Assembly (NCBI GenBank): GCA_051294905.1
Contig: CM119371.1
Location: 39,620,001 to 39,684,000, forward strand
DNA from: Botryllus schlosseri
Lineage: Eukaryota
Direction of reading: 5' to 3'
DNA: 64,000 bases
In this document: piece by piece, positions 50,074-63,419 of the stretch
Layout of the letters: every line of letters starts with the position of its first letter
Numbering within the stretch: the stretch's first letter is position 1
The notes under the pieces: model-generated
What the model saw: the letters and a program-made list of their open reading frames with translations, nothing else
The model's database searches: none
Told to the model about the DNA's origin: nothing
Position numbers and translations under genes: made by a program

Positions 50074-52766
50074 AAAGATGTGTTTCATTGCGGGAGATAT
50101 TAACATAAACCTTCTAAAACACAAAGGCAACGCATACTCCAACGCCGTCAAATCCGCCGGTCTCTACCAAATGATCACCGAGCCTACACGCATAACCGAT
50201 AAGTCAAAGACTTTGATCGACCACATATATACCAACTCGCGCGACATGGAAATCATTCCATTTGTCATTTCGGCAAAAATCAGTGACCACAACCATATTG
50301 GTTTTCTGTCACAAGAACAACAAAGGACACCCCCCGAAACAAATCACCTCTGCAGACGACGAGAGTTAGTGGACGAAGAAGCGCTCGATGATGCCGCATT
50401 CAATCAATTTAAAACATCAGCCATCCCCCACATCTCGATAAACAACTTTGACGAAAAATTTGTAGAGGTCTGCTATCAAATCACTGCTGGAACAATTTGC
50501 ACCTCTACAGTGCCTTTCGAGAAGTCAAAGAAAATTGAAGCGAAATCCATGGATGGCCACAAAGCTGATTCAACTTATCCGTAAACGTAACCGGTGGCAT
50601 AACCGAATAGACACGAAGAACTGCCCAGAAGATGAACGAGAAAGATTTCGACGTTTCAGGAATCGCACCGTGCATCTCATTTCCAAGGTAAAAGCAAAGT
50701 ACAATGAGAGATTTTTCAACAGAAACAAAAAGGACACTCGAAAAACATGGTCAGGACTTAACTCTCTCCTACATCGGAAAAAAGGCCATAAGTCTGTTTC
50801 GGAAATTGTGAATTCGGATACCGGAAACAAACTTTCAGACCCGACGGCCATCGCGAATCACTTCAATGAATATTTTTGTAGGCGTAGGCCCTAATATTGC
50901 TTTTTCTATTACAAAACCTGTGTCGGCCAGGTCAGAGGTGAGATCGATATCCCAGTCAATTGTGCTTGAACCTACGACCAAATACGAAGTAGAAGTAGCC
51001 ATCCACAAACTGAAATCGCACAAGGCCGTCGGCTATGACCAAATCCCATCATGGTTTTTAAAAATGATAAGCCTGCATATCGGTCAATATATGGCCCATT
51101 TTTTCAACTTCATGATCGAAAATGGAGTCTACCCAAGCTATCTAAAAAAAGCCAGAGTAGTGCCTGTACACAAAGCTGGGGATAGAACTAATGTCACCAA
51201 CTACCGTCCGATATCCGTTCTCCCATGCATCGGGGTTGTATTCGAAAAGTTGCTCCTCTCCCGCCTGTCCTTATTCCTCGCCAAAATGTTTATCATTTCC
51301 CCTCAACAATTTGGCTTCCGAAACAAACACCAAACCGCACATGCCCTCCTAACAGTGGCCGAGCAGTATTATGATATCTCAGAGAAGCGAAATGTGGGAT
51401 GTAGCATTTTTCTCGATCTAAAAAAAGCGTTTGACTGCGTGGATCATAAAATTCTCATCTCGAAATTGGCGCGTTACGGACTTCGGGGCCCACAACTTGA
51501 GCTCATGAAAAGTTACCTCACTGGACGCCAACAAATGGTTGCGATCTCAAACACCTTGTCCTCTCCTCACCTGGTGACCTGTGGTGTGCCCCAAGGCTCA
51601 GTACTTGGACCGGTCCTCTTCACCTTATATGTCAACGACATTTTTGAAACCTCCTCCTTGAACACCACACTGTTCGCTGATGATACTCACCTCCTCTCTT
51701 CCGCATCTTCTACGGCAGAGCTGGATGCCCTGACTGGTGACCAAATGCCTAAAGTCCATGAGTGGACGGCCCAGAACAACCTTTTCATAAACGCCTCGAA
51801 AACCCAATTGCTGACAGTAAATTCAAAAAATAACCTAACCGTTAATATCGCTGGTCAGCCCGTTTCCAACACAGATAATGCCAAATATCTCGGGGTTTTA
51901 CTGGACTCGAACATGTCCTGGAAGAGTCATATTCAGTCCCTAGAAACTAAATTATCACCGAAGTGCGGCCTGTTCTACAGCCTTGGGCGCTTCATGCCAG
52001 CATGGATTCTTCTGATACTCTTTAAATCCTTAATCCAATCGAAGGTACATTATGGCATCCTCTGTTGGGGGGCTGCCAGTAAAACTGCACTCAAGCCACT
52101 GCAGAAACTTCAGCATAAAGTACTCCTAATCATAGCTAGGGTCCCAAAGGGGCCTGGCTGCCCATCCAATAAGTCGCTGCTGAAGAGATTCGGCGTCCTA
52201 AACATAGAAGATATGCGGAAACTAGAAATCGCCAAGTTTATGTATCAGTTTCACTGCGGTCGTTGCCCCGAATACTTCAATGACTTCTTTACCTCTGAAT
52301 CAAAAGCGCACAGGTACAACACACGCGCGTCCACGTCGTCCAAATATCATATGATCGACCGAAAAGATCATCGCTTTATCAAATATGCCAGACCTGATGT
52401 GTGGAACAGTATCCCGCCGGCCATCCGGCAGTCGACGAGCATGTCCACATTCAAGTCGAAATACAAGCAATTACTACTAAATAAATACAGTCCATCCTCA
52501 AGATTACCGGACCACGACTGACCTATCGATCTCGCTTCCCATGACATGCCGCCCTATTTCTTGTCGCTTCCTTTTTTCTATACTATCTTCTTTACTTTCA
52601 TTCAGTGTGCATGCCTCCTCTTTACATCGCCTAGGCCAAGATGGGTGTCCGATTCCATAGACAACTCCTAGTCGCTTCGACATCTTCCTTTCTTTTCATT
52701 GTATCGCATTTTTTGTGGTGTATTGAACTGATAAAATTGCTAATAAACCAATGATTGATTGATTGA
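50074..52766 (+). mobile_element. 5'-truncated CR1/L2-clade LINE; ORF2 (APE endonuclease C-terminal part + RT) with two frameshifts
   Basis: GDININL, PTRIT...IDHIY, SDH; NYRPIS, QFGFR, FLDLKKAFD, GVPQGSVLGP, LFADDT; (GATT)n tail. Confidence 0.95.
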
Positions 52767-53000
52767 TCTGCATGTCGCGACTGACCCTATTTCGCATGCC
52801 ACTGACCTTATTTTGCATGAGACTGACCTTATTTCTCATGTCGCGACTGACCTTATTTTGCATGCGGCTGACCTTATTTTGCATGTGACTGACCTTATTT
52901 TGCTTGTCGCTACTGACCTTATTTTGCATGTGACTGACCTTATTTTGCATGTCGCGGCTGACCTTATTTTGCATGTGTCTGACCTTATTTTGCATGAGAC
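52767..53000 (-). repeat. 21/26-bp minisatellite
   Basis: (GACTGACCTTATTTTGCATGT)n with TCGCG variants. Confidence 0.95.
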
Positions 53001-53003
53001 AGA

Positions 53004-53608
53004 CATCATCATCGGTTTAGTAGCAATTTTATCAGTTCAATACACCACAAAAAGGCGATACTATGAAAAGACAGGAAGATGTCGAAGCGACTTGGAGTAG
53101 TCTATGGAATCAGACACCCACCTTGGCCTAGGCGATGTTAAAAATAAGGCATGCACACTGAATGAAAGTAGAAAAGATAGTATAGAAAAGGAAAGCGACA
53201 AGAAACAAGGCGGCATGTCATGGAAATCGAGATCGATAGGTCAGTTGTGGTCCGGTAATCTTGAGGATGGTCTGTATTTATTTAGTAATTGCTTGTATTT
53301 CGACTTGAATGTGAACATGCTCGTCGACTGTCGGATGGCCGGCGGAATACTGTTCCACACATCAGGTCCGGCATATTTGATAGAGCGATGATCTTTTCGG
53401 TCGATTATATGATATTTGGACGCGCGTGTGTTGTACTTGTGCGCTTTTGAATCCGAGGTAAAGAAGTCATTGAAATATTCGGGGCAACGACCGCAGTGGA
53501 ACTGATACGTAAACGTGGCGATTTATAGTTTCCGAATATCTTCTATGTTTAGGACACCGAATCTCTTCAGCAGAGACTTGATGGATGGGCAGCCAGGCCC
53601 CTTGATGA
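53004..53608 (-). mobile_element. Inverted, diverged 3' fragment of the same LINE family
   Basis: Reverse complement of about 52147-52755 (KGPGCPSIKSLLKRFGVLNIED through the 3' UTR and (GAT)n), with multiple substitutions. Confidence 0.93.
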
Positions 53609-53610
53609 TA

Positions 53611-54330
53611 TGCAAAATAAGGTCGCAATAAGTCGCTACACGCAGAATAAGGACAGTCACATGCAAAATAAGGTCAGTCGCATGCAAAAATAAGGTCGAT
53701 CGCGACATGCAGATTAAGGTCAGTTACATGCAAAATAAGGTCAGTCGCATGCAAAATAAGGTCAGTCGCGACATGCAGAATAAGGTCAGTCACATGCAAA
53801 ATAAGGTCAGTCGCGACATGCAGAATAAGATCAGTCACATGCAAAATATAAGGTCAGTCACATGCAAAATAAGGTCAGTCGCATGCAAAACAAGGTCAGT
53901 CGCGACATGCAGAATAAGATCAGCCACATGCAAAATAAGGTCAGTCGCATGCAAAACAAGGTCAGTCGCGACATGCAAAATAAGGTCAGTCACATGCAAA
54001 ATAAGGTCAGTCGCATGCAAAATAAGGTCAGTCGCGACATGCAGAATAAGATCAGTCACATGCAAAATAAGGTCAGTCGCATGCAAAATAAGGTCAGTCG
54101 CCGCGACATGCAGAATAAGATCAGTCACATGCAAAATAAGGTCAGTCGCATGCAAAATAAGGTCAGTCGCGACATGCAAAATAAGGTCAGTCACATACAA
54201 AATAAGGTCAGTCGCATGCAAAATAAGGTCAGTCGCGACATGAAGAATAAGATCAGTCACATGCAAAATAAGGTCAGTCGCATGCGAAATACGGTCAGTC
54301 GCCAGATGCAGATTGCAGAATAAGGTCAGT
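53611..54330 (+). repeat. 21/26-bp minisatellite, opposite orientation
   Basis: (CATGCAAAATAAGGTCAGTCA / ...GTCG / ...GTCGCGA)n in a recurring three-unit pattern. Confidence 0.96.
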
Positions 54331-55301
54331 GGCATAAGAAAACAGTAGGATTTTAAGTAAACATTTGGATTTATACGCGGACTCTTTATATTCTACATGC
54401 GACTCACCTCTCGTAATTGTAATAATCGTCTGATTACATTTTGTTGAAACATCTTCAGATTTAGGATATAGGCCCTTTTCATACCGGATTTACGAAACTC
54501 TTTCGGGAACACGTTCCGAAACAGGCGATGTTCACATAGAGAAAAAATTACCGAAACAGTTCCGGGAAAAGAGCGCGTTCATACCTATTTAGAGTTACCG
54601 CGAACTTTTGTTCATACAGGTCGTTTTTTCGGTAAATTCGCGGGAAATTATGGCCAGTATGAACGCGATTCTCCGTAAGTGTTGATAGTTACGAAACCAT
54701 GTCTGTGGGGTGTTCCAGTTGTAATATGCTTGTGGAAAACGATGAGGGATAGGCATATTCGTGAGATGGGGAGAAGTTGGCTCCAACTTTTAGCTATGGG
54801 ATGTTGCGGATATGCCTTCTCGATGTGTATGGGGCTCTATACTCAATATACCAGTATCAGTAATAGAGCCCGAGCATGTTTCTGGCTTGTATATTATCAA
54901 CCGAAGCTGAGAGCAGAAACTGAAAGCCAGCAAAGAGGATAGAGTCCTGGAATGAAAAGAACCACCGATCACATCTGCGTACAACAAAGTCAGTTTATCT
55001 TGGTGATTGCTGTATAATGGTTTGGGTAAATCTAATCGTATGTACACTGTACAGAGAAACCAGGGAATTCGAGAAATCCGTGAGAGAAACATTTGGTATA
55101 CTCTGCGACGAGCTTCGAGACCATAACGAAAAGCAGCCAGCAAATTATACGAACTCAATTTCTCTTGCTTGCTGAGTAGCTGTCGCTCTTTGGAGGCTAG
55201 CCAATGAAGCCAATCGTTTATAAATCCAGGTAAACATCAGATGTATTTTAAGAAGGTAACTGTCACAAGCTGATTTTAATAAAAATAATTCTGGTGCCTA
55301 G

Positions 55302-55799
55302 TAGGGCTAGCCACAATGATTCGAGTACTCGAATCTGAATCGAGGATTAACTTTATTGATTCGAGTCGAGTAGTAAAATACTACTTTTCGAGTACTGAAA
55401 TTATACTGAAAGTTGGTTTACTAACGAGAATTATACTGTAGTTTTGATACTATTTTCAACTGAGTAAGCCTTGAAACCTTGATTGGCCGTGTCGCAACAT
55501 ACGAGATATAGTACAAAGCTACGAACGTTGCTGGAAATAACACATTTCCGAAGTCATGACCATCACATTACACTGTCAAGCAGTGCAATGAAAACGGTAT
55601 GGTCGAAAAAACATTAAAGTATCTTTAATGTGACGGACAATAAGCGTTATGTTCTTTATGGTGGCATAAAATGTAGCCTACACATTTGAATTTTGGCATG
55701 GTACATTGTGTTGTGATGTCATCATGATGATACTCGACTCGAAGCGTAATAAGTGATTCAGAATCGAATCACTCAGGTACTCAATTTTGCCCAGCCCTA
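55302..55799. mobile_element. hAT MITE (paralog of 49036-49531)
   Basis: TAGGGCT...AGCCCTA; TSD GTGCCTAG / GTGCATAG. Confidence 0.85.
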
Positions 55800-56170
55800 G
55801 TGCATAGTAATATTTCTATATTTGTCATGGCGGAATGTCAGCCAGTTTTTGCGTAGCATACCACTACAAAAAGGTCAGACAAATTTGGTCTTGAATCATT
55901 ATGTTAGAAAAAGAAGTCTGAAAGACCAATTGTTCTTGCCAAGTAGGCTACTTTCTGTCTCAAAAGTAAGACCCAAATAGATGGAAAATATACTTAAACT
56001 GGAAACTGAGCAGTCAAGACAACGACTTGGACTCGAGTCATAAAACCATGACTCGAACTCGACGCTCTGCTCGATGAGTTGGTAAATTGAAATGACTCGA
56101 CTTGAATCTAGTCAAAACTATTGAAGTGGGATGGACTTGTGACTTGGTTACAACCCTGCTCACTTATTAA

Positions 56171-56660
56171 AGGGGCACTGCGCTCTAAAAATGATGTGGT
56201 CTCAAATTGAAGGTAAAAACGAACAAAAATTTTTGGCCGCAGCCATTTCCTTCAGAACGCCACCGTAATGGAGCTGCAATTTATTGAAATTTCTACAAGA
56301 CCAGCTGCCGCGGCTGCTTAACCCGTTACATGGCACGATATCTTCACCGTCGCACTTGCTCGACGCGATTAGGCAGTCACGCAGAGAACTAATTTTAGAT
56401 AGTTGTCAGCCGATGTTATGAAGGAAATGTGTCTAAGTTTCGTTCTCTGCGTGAATGCCTTATCGCGTTGAGCAAGTGCGACGATGAAGACATCGTGCCA
56501 TGTAACGGGTTAAGCAGCCGCGGCAGCTGGTCTTGTAGAAATTTCAATAAATTGCAGCTCCATTACGGTGGCATTCTGAAGGAAATGGCTGCGGCCAAAA
56601 AAATTTGTTCGTTTTTACCTTCAATTTGAGACCACATCATTTTTAGAGCGCAGTGCCCCT
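56171..56660. mobile_element. Palindromic Kolobok-like MITE
   Basis: TTAA TSD; ends AGGGGCACTG...CAGTGCCCCT; about 230-bp near-perfect inverted arms. Confidence 0.82.
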
Positions 56661-56872
56661 TTAAGACTGAAATTACTGAAAATGAGACCAAATTTGTATA
56701 TTTTTGTAGTGTAGTCAGACATGTACATCAACCTACTCATTTAGTTACTAGAACTAAGTAGTTCTAGTTGTGGATTTGAAGAAGTGAATAGTTTCTGGTT
56801 CTAGTTGCGGATATTTGAAAGTGAGTAGTTCTAGTTCTAATTGCAGATTTTGAAAAGTTGATAGTTCTAGTT

Positions 56873-57521
56873 CAGGGCCGGCCAACCCGTGGCCCGCGAG
56901 TTAATTTCCTAAATTAGTAGTATTATCAAAAATGGATTGCACAGATTGTGAACTTGCAAAGCCAATCAAAAATTTGATTAGTGTGGCCGCAACACTTGAG
57001 ATGTGATGACTGAAATATCAGTTCCGACGCATTGGTAGATCTATGAGCCAGTCACATTTTGGTAGATCTTTGTACACCACAATAAAGCAGAATACTTTGT
57101 GATAGATTTATCAAGAGTAAAAATTTTCTACACGCCTAGCGCAACATCTTGTCACTCGATTTCTTGCTTTTAATATTGTTACCCCTTTGTGAAAATGAAA
57201 GAACACCTAATCTATCAGATTGAGTCTAACTATATATATATTCGCGACCTCCCGTTTGCGCTCGCAGAAAGACCGTCGACTATGAAACCTAGGCACAAAA
57301 TGATTGCCGCATGTTGGACGAAGCTTTCGATATCGATATGTCCAGGTGCCGAATAGTCCAGTCCTTGCAAACTGAGGCCAGCGATATACAGCAGGCTTGC
57401 AATATAGTCAAGTGACAATATTATTAATTTATCAACTTGAAAAAATTTGCGCGGCTAGTGGCCCGCAGAATAGTTCGTCAATCGAATGTGGTGATTTTGC
57501 TGAAAAGGTTGGCCACCCCTG
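56873..57521. mobile_element. hAT MITE nested in an AGTTCT-rich MITE (about 56716-57601)
   Basis: CAGGGCCGGCCAACC...GGTTGGCCACCCCTG; perfect TSD TTCTAGTT. Confidence 0.88.
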
Positions 57522-60500
57522 TTCTAGTTGCTAGTTTGAAATTTTTTGTAGTTCTAGTTAAAGTTGCGCATTTTGAAATTCCAGTATTTTGTACAAGTCC
57601 GAGTATTGTGGGTGGATAAAAAATTACCACAGCAACATTTGTACCAAACATGCATTTGCCGCATTCAAGTTTTTCAGGATGACTTCATGATTGGGAGCCT
57701 GAGGGTTCCGTACTAGCATACATAACTGATGACGCAGCCTATCCCTTTCAGCCCTGGCTCATGAACCCTTTTACCTGAAACACAAACAGAGTATAAGCTA
57801 AAGCTAATTTCAAATATGTAATATAAATTTCCTTTCTGCTGCCCTTAAATTTCACAATTGCTTTTTCAGAAACTTAGCAAAGCACACATGAAGGTTGAAA
57901 GATTTTGGTCGACTGAAGGTGCGGTGTTCGGCTTTTCTCAGAAACTGCAATCCGCTAAGGCCAGAATGATACAGAGGATGGTATACGCAATGAAGACAAG
58001 ACCTGGTGGTGATCCAAGTATCGCTGGCCCAGACGTCGGAAATGCCCTGTGTGACTTTCTCAATAAACAATGCTCTTGCTTAACCAGATGTGTTTGTGCT
58101 GTTTCATTTTATTCATGAGAGAACTATAACTTAATGCACACTTGCACAGTTCCACCTTTTTCATCAGTATCCTCCATCTAGACCTGTGAAAAGATCAGAT
58201 TAAGTTACACTTGCCTAACATTCCATAACAAAGGAATGACTTGGTTGTAACAAGAAAATGAAGGCATAGGTGAAAACCAAATTATGGCTTGGATGATGTA
58301 CGATGGCTTACCAGCCCGTTGGTACAATTTGAATTTTGGTTAGTGAGTCAGAACTTTGGTTAGTGAGTCAGAGCTAAGGACACCATTCTCTGCTGTGCTG
58401 CCACTATCAAAGCAGATGTTACTAAATCCCCTTTACAGTAGGAGTATATACGACGGTGACTGACCTACGCACAGCATATCCGTGGTTAGAAACTTGCCTT
58501 TGATATAACAAATTTGGTAAGGGTAGAGATCACCTACCAAATTAGTGTTGAAGTCTTAAAGTTTTCAGGCAACTCACCCAATGCTGCATCATTTGGAGAT
58601 GGTGTTGTACCTTTTTAGCTGTGCTCTGTTTAAAAAACCCAGGGATATCTAGAAAATCTAGATATCCCTGACAAAACCACAGAAAAAAGATGCTGACTAG
58701 TAGTCAGTGACTACGTATTGTGAGCATACAGAATATATATCCAAGAATAATGCATTCCCAACACCATTACACAAGAAGATCAAAATGCCGCAGGTAGCTG
58801 ACCTCGAAATACAAGCAGCCTGAATGAACAGCGCGTTACCGTAACTAAAAGTTTGATTGACAGCGTTCCGGGAACCCAGCTGCGCCATTCGTGTTCACAC
58901 TCAGTCGGTCCCGTAAAAATCTCCGAAAATAAGCGCGTTCATACCGCCCTGAAAAACCAGTGTTATGTTCACATAGAGGGGTTCCGGTAAACATTTTCGA
59001 GAAATGTTATTCCCGGAACCCCGGTATGAAAAGGGCCATAGATGGGGAATGTCAATCGTGAAATTACTATATAGGAAAGATATTTTGAATTTATTTTTCA
59101 TAAGAACAAGAGTTGGATTTGTAATTGAAGTATGGATTTGGATTTATGCGCGGACCGATAATAATATTCTACATGCGACTGACTTCGTGATCAAGATAAT
59201 CATGATTATATTTTGATTGAAAAATCTTAAGATTTGGAATATAGATAAGGAATTTCAATATTGAAACTAGGCTACTATACAGGAAAGATAATTTGAATTT
59301 ATTTTTCATCAGAAAAAAGTTGGATTTGTAATTGGAGTATAGATTTGGATTTATGTGCGGACTGACCTTATTTTGCATGTCGCGACTGACCTTATTTTGC
59401 ATGTGACTGACCTTATTTTGCATGTCGCGACTGACCTTATTTTGCATGTTTTTGACCTCATTTTGCATGTCATCGCACCAACCTTCCTCACTGTATCGCC
59501 AATAAGGCGTAATTTTAATGATATTCATGCATTTAATATAATTATATGACTCCAGAAAATTACTTGTATATGTCGTATGTATATTCTTATTTGATTGCTG
59601 ACGCAGAGTCCAAGTCCTCACTGGGGATACTTTCTCACAAAATGGAGTTATCACATTGTTGAACGTCATCAGGATATATATTTCGTTATGATCATGAACG
59701 GCTGGAAGACTTATAGTAGCTGAAGAAAAAGCGCCGCTGTATAGTGCTGATTGAAAGGGTATCATGCAACTACTGTGGTAGCATCAAAGTCAGTCATGCA
59801 ACAAAGTGTGCAAAGAGGGATTTGACTTGTTGACTGCCACAACAACAACTTTGATGATTATGGAGATTGTAGGCCCATGCCCTATTATGACATTCGTCAG
59901 CTATGGCTTTAAAAACTACATGTCAAGCTGGAGAACAAATGCAGTTCTGCGACTGATATTGAAACAATACCTTCAATTTTGTGAACTTCAGACACAGATC
60001 CGCAAGAATACCTTACTTGAGGAGAGCTCACGTCTAATCATAATATATTTTATCAGTTCTCATATCATATATCGTTAGTTCAGACTGACAAGTATGGCAT
60101 AGGCTACTTGATATGTTTTAGCAAATGAATGTGATAACGTGGCTGACCTTTGAGTATTGTCTACTCTTGAATGGTAGTGGGATAGTTGATTTATATTTTC
60201 TTGGATTCTTGACCAGCATTTTAGACTGCTACTATTCATAACTAAAGGTGTCAGCTGTCTGTATTTGATTATCAATTTGAAGACTTTGTTCTATTGGCCT
60301 GTAATCAAATCTTACATCTAGTTACAACTATCCGCATCAAAAGTTACAGTTATCTGAAAATATTTGAAAAAAATCGGTCGTCATATTCGAATCCTATATC
60401 CGACTGCCACAAATGTCTAATATCCCTCACCAACCCTAATATTCCTCTTCCCCAACCTTGGGATACACTTACCCCAATCGTAACCCTAACCCCCCTTCAA

Positions 60501-61000
60501 ACCCTGATCTCCATCATTTATTGGAGCCATAGAGGAACACTGGGCTGTTATGATACAGCTGATATCTAAGTGATACAGATGATGCTTGATTGATACCTGA
60601 CTATTTCGCATCCAGGACGTAGTCTGCTTATTATGCGGAGAGATACCTGGGTGATACAGCTGATACCGAAGAGTATCCACAGGGCCTATTTTCTGTAGCA
60701 CCATCATTGCCATCTGTTAATGTACTTTGGTCGGATGAAAAGATGAAGACTCTTCTCTCTCTAATAACATACACTGATTGAGTCTCCTCACATCCCGACA
60801 ATGCAACGGAAATGTCAAGATCAAATGACTAATTATTGTTTATTCACACCAATTCTACACATAACATAACATGAAAATGCACTACATGAGGAATATACAA
60901 TCAGCAATAATTCAGTCACTTCACGCCAAACCTAAGGTGAAAGTACTTGGGAATCATTCATCAAACCCTGGGTTGTTGATATTATCAGTGTTGTCTCACA

Positions 61001-61264
61001 TAGGGTTACCATACGTGTCCTCCGAGGGCTCCTAAATATCTGGATAAACATATGTTAAAAATTAACTGAAATATATAAGATAAAAAGTGATTGAAACAGG
61101 AGTCGAATCGACCTGGTGACCTTTTTTTTTAGTCAACCAACGACAAACTAGAAATAAATTTACCACTTTTTCCGGATTTTTCTCCCATATTGTAAGTACC
61201 GGCACTGTATGTGAATTTTTACAAAAGTCTCCTCTTTTCAGATTCCCAAAATATGGTAACCGTA
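61001..61264. mobile_element. Decayed hAT MITE related to 6919-7370
   Basis: TAGGGTTACCATA...TATGGTAACCGTA; no clear TSD. Confidence 0.6.
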
Positions 61265-63419
61265 TTTCGTATCAATCACAAAATGTGTAATAATCGTCAA
61301 CAACAACAAATTATAGAATGTCAAGCAGTGAATCATAATAATTCTGTTAGAAGTGAATAATGAATCATATTTTAATAGTATATTCCTGTTGAGATGAACC
61401 CGAATACTTTCGGCTGACACTCGTCAGGGGTGATCGTCAGCAACTAGTACAGAATTGGAAAGAATAAACATACTATTTAATTGTATCTTGAAATTCTGTA
61501 CCTCCAGGAAGCTCTTTGAATCACATTTATACGGTTTTCAGAAAATCCGATTAATATACATTTAGAAAACGTCTGATTATCGATCAACTTGAGTATGTTA
61601 GTTGAACCGGGTCACTAAGGGGGCTAAGCCAATGATATTTTGGTGCAGGCATTTAGAATGACCAAGGTAGCAGAAAACGGGAACATCGATATGGAAGCAG
61701 GAAAAATCATTAGCTTGAAATGCAGCGACCGTCATTATACAACAAAATACTATCAAGGTTTCTGATGAAAATTCGCCATGAAATATCTTGGCAATGGGAA
61801 TTATAAACTCGGTTAATATAATATTCAATTTTTGTCCTGACGTCAACTACACTAAACACATGGAAAGTGATCACTAGATGATGACGGAATATATATAAGA
61901 TACTACGTACTTGATATTACATTGGGATTCATACACTACTAGAGACGTCTATGTTCAACAACAGTTTTTTTTTGTTCATTTTTTCTTAGTTATTCATTTT
62001 TTATTAATTTTTTTTTATCATAATCAACCATTAAAAATATCAACACACTATACACGATACATGTGGGATTGGTAGTATTTTTTTTATTCATTTTCCATGT
62101 TTTTTTTTTTTGTACATCATATTCAATTATTTAACACCATAAGACCACCTGATCACTAACACATATTGAGATTTTAGTCTTTTATATATACATAACTACC
62201 TTCTACAATCATCGTGAAAGTTTGCATGAAATGTATATTGGCCTAGAAAAAGTAAGATCACGAATATACATGATAACGAGTGTAACAGTAGGCTAATAAT
62301 ATTGATTAGAGTTGGACAACGATTGCTGATTTGACAAATAAAATCGAGCATAATTATTCTTTGACATTCTAAGACATGATGATTTAGAAAGAGAACATTG
62401 GTTGCTACAACGAAATACACAATATGACAATAATTCACCATAGAAGACAGAAGATATCTATTTTGAAATGAACCTATTCCATTGTAAACTTGCGTATCAA
62501 TCACGATAAAAGCAAAAAAATCCTATATAATGACGGCTTCAAGTCTGCTCTAGTGGAAAAACTTTTCTGTTCAAATCCATTACATCAGTAATTACCGCCT
62601 TAAAACAACCATCTGATGAAAAAGCGAGAATCGAAACGATATTTGCGGCTAGGAATGTTGTTTTTGTGTTGTTAAAATTGCACAACTTTTTCCGGTTACG
62701 TAACTGTGAAATGCACAATATAAACCGCATCATTACATTGTAACGTGTCAATTGTATCAATCGACTGCGAAATCGTCAGCTTGAATTCTGAAACGCAACG
62801 CAGTCATTCGGCTCGAAAATCTCCATTTTGTTGATGAAGAATTGTTGGCTTCTGTACATGATTAACTTTGTTGGTTCTGCCGCCTTTTCTCACGCTCACT
62901 GAAAAAACAAGTACCTCTGAATAAATCCATATCCTAGTGAATCAAACAAGTTTGCCAACTATTCGGATTATCAGACGGAGATGCACCGTTCGCTCGTTTA
63001 CGTCATTACAGCGGGTAAAATAGAGTTGGACTTTTTCTAAACGAGCTGGGCTCATAGTCGGATGCATTATAGGCAGGCCGTGTTATTTTTGGCATATGCC
63101 AAAACTGCCAAAAATAACTTATTTTTGGCATTTTTCGATTTTTATTTTTGGCAGTTTTGGCATCGTCCTCTAAATAGATAGTTTCAGCCTCGAATTAGTC
63201 ACAAAAACGCCAAAGACACCACAAAATGTGCAGCATCCACGTGTAATCAGTGCCAACAAACAATAAGAAGAAAAAACCTAACAATTTCATAGGTTAATAA
63301 TATCAAACGAACCCACAAAATGTGCAGTATCCATTGGAATCGGTGCCAATAAGCAAAAAAAGAAAGAAAAGCCTAACAAACACGCTCAACAGCTGATTGT
63401 TACAGCTGTTGAATAGACC

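Larger units (their letters stand above)
54471..59037 (+). mobile_element. PIF/Harbinger element with decayed DDE transposase
   Basis: TIR GGCCCTTTTCATACCGG...CCGGTATGAAAAGGGCC; 3-bp TSD ATA. Relics RETFGILCDELR...VAVALWRLA (~55080-55210), YITDDAAYPFQPWLMNPF (~57720-57770), LSKAHMKVER...RLK (~57870-57925). Confidence 0.88.
49903..59493. mobile_element. Foldback-type element with minisatellite-containing inverted ends, hosting LINE and Harbinger insertions
   Basis: ~50-bp inverted ends GGTTGGTGCGATGACATGCAAAATAAGGTCAAAAACATGCAAAATAAGGTCAG; possible TA flanks; superfamily unclear. Confidence 0.65.

Noticed and set aside
52696..54335. Repetitive ORFs (MQNKVSR..., ATDLILH..., CKIRSV...)
   Set aside because: Translations of the 21/26-bp minisatellite, open in several frames on both strands.
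62611..62645. CTGATGA...GAAA hammerhead-like spacing (also near 61762)
   Set aside because: No stem I or stem II pairing.
59500..62830. Possible host gene exons
   Set aside because: Candidate splice sites exist, but the frames contain stops and no consistent model or domain could be built.
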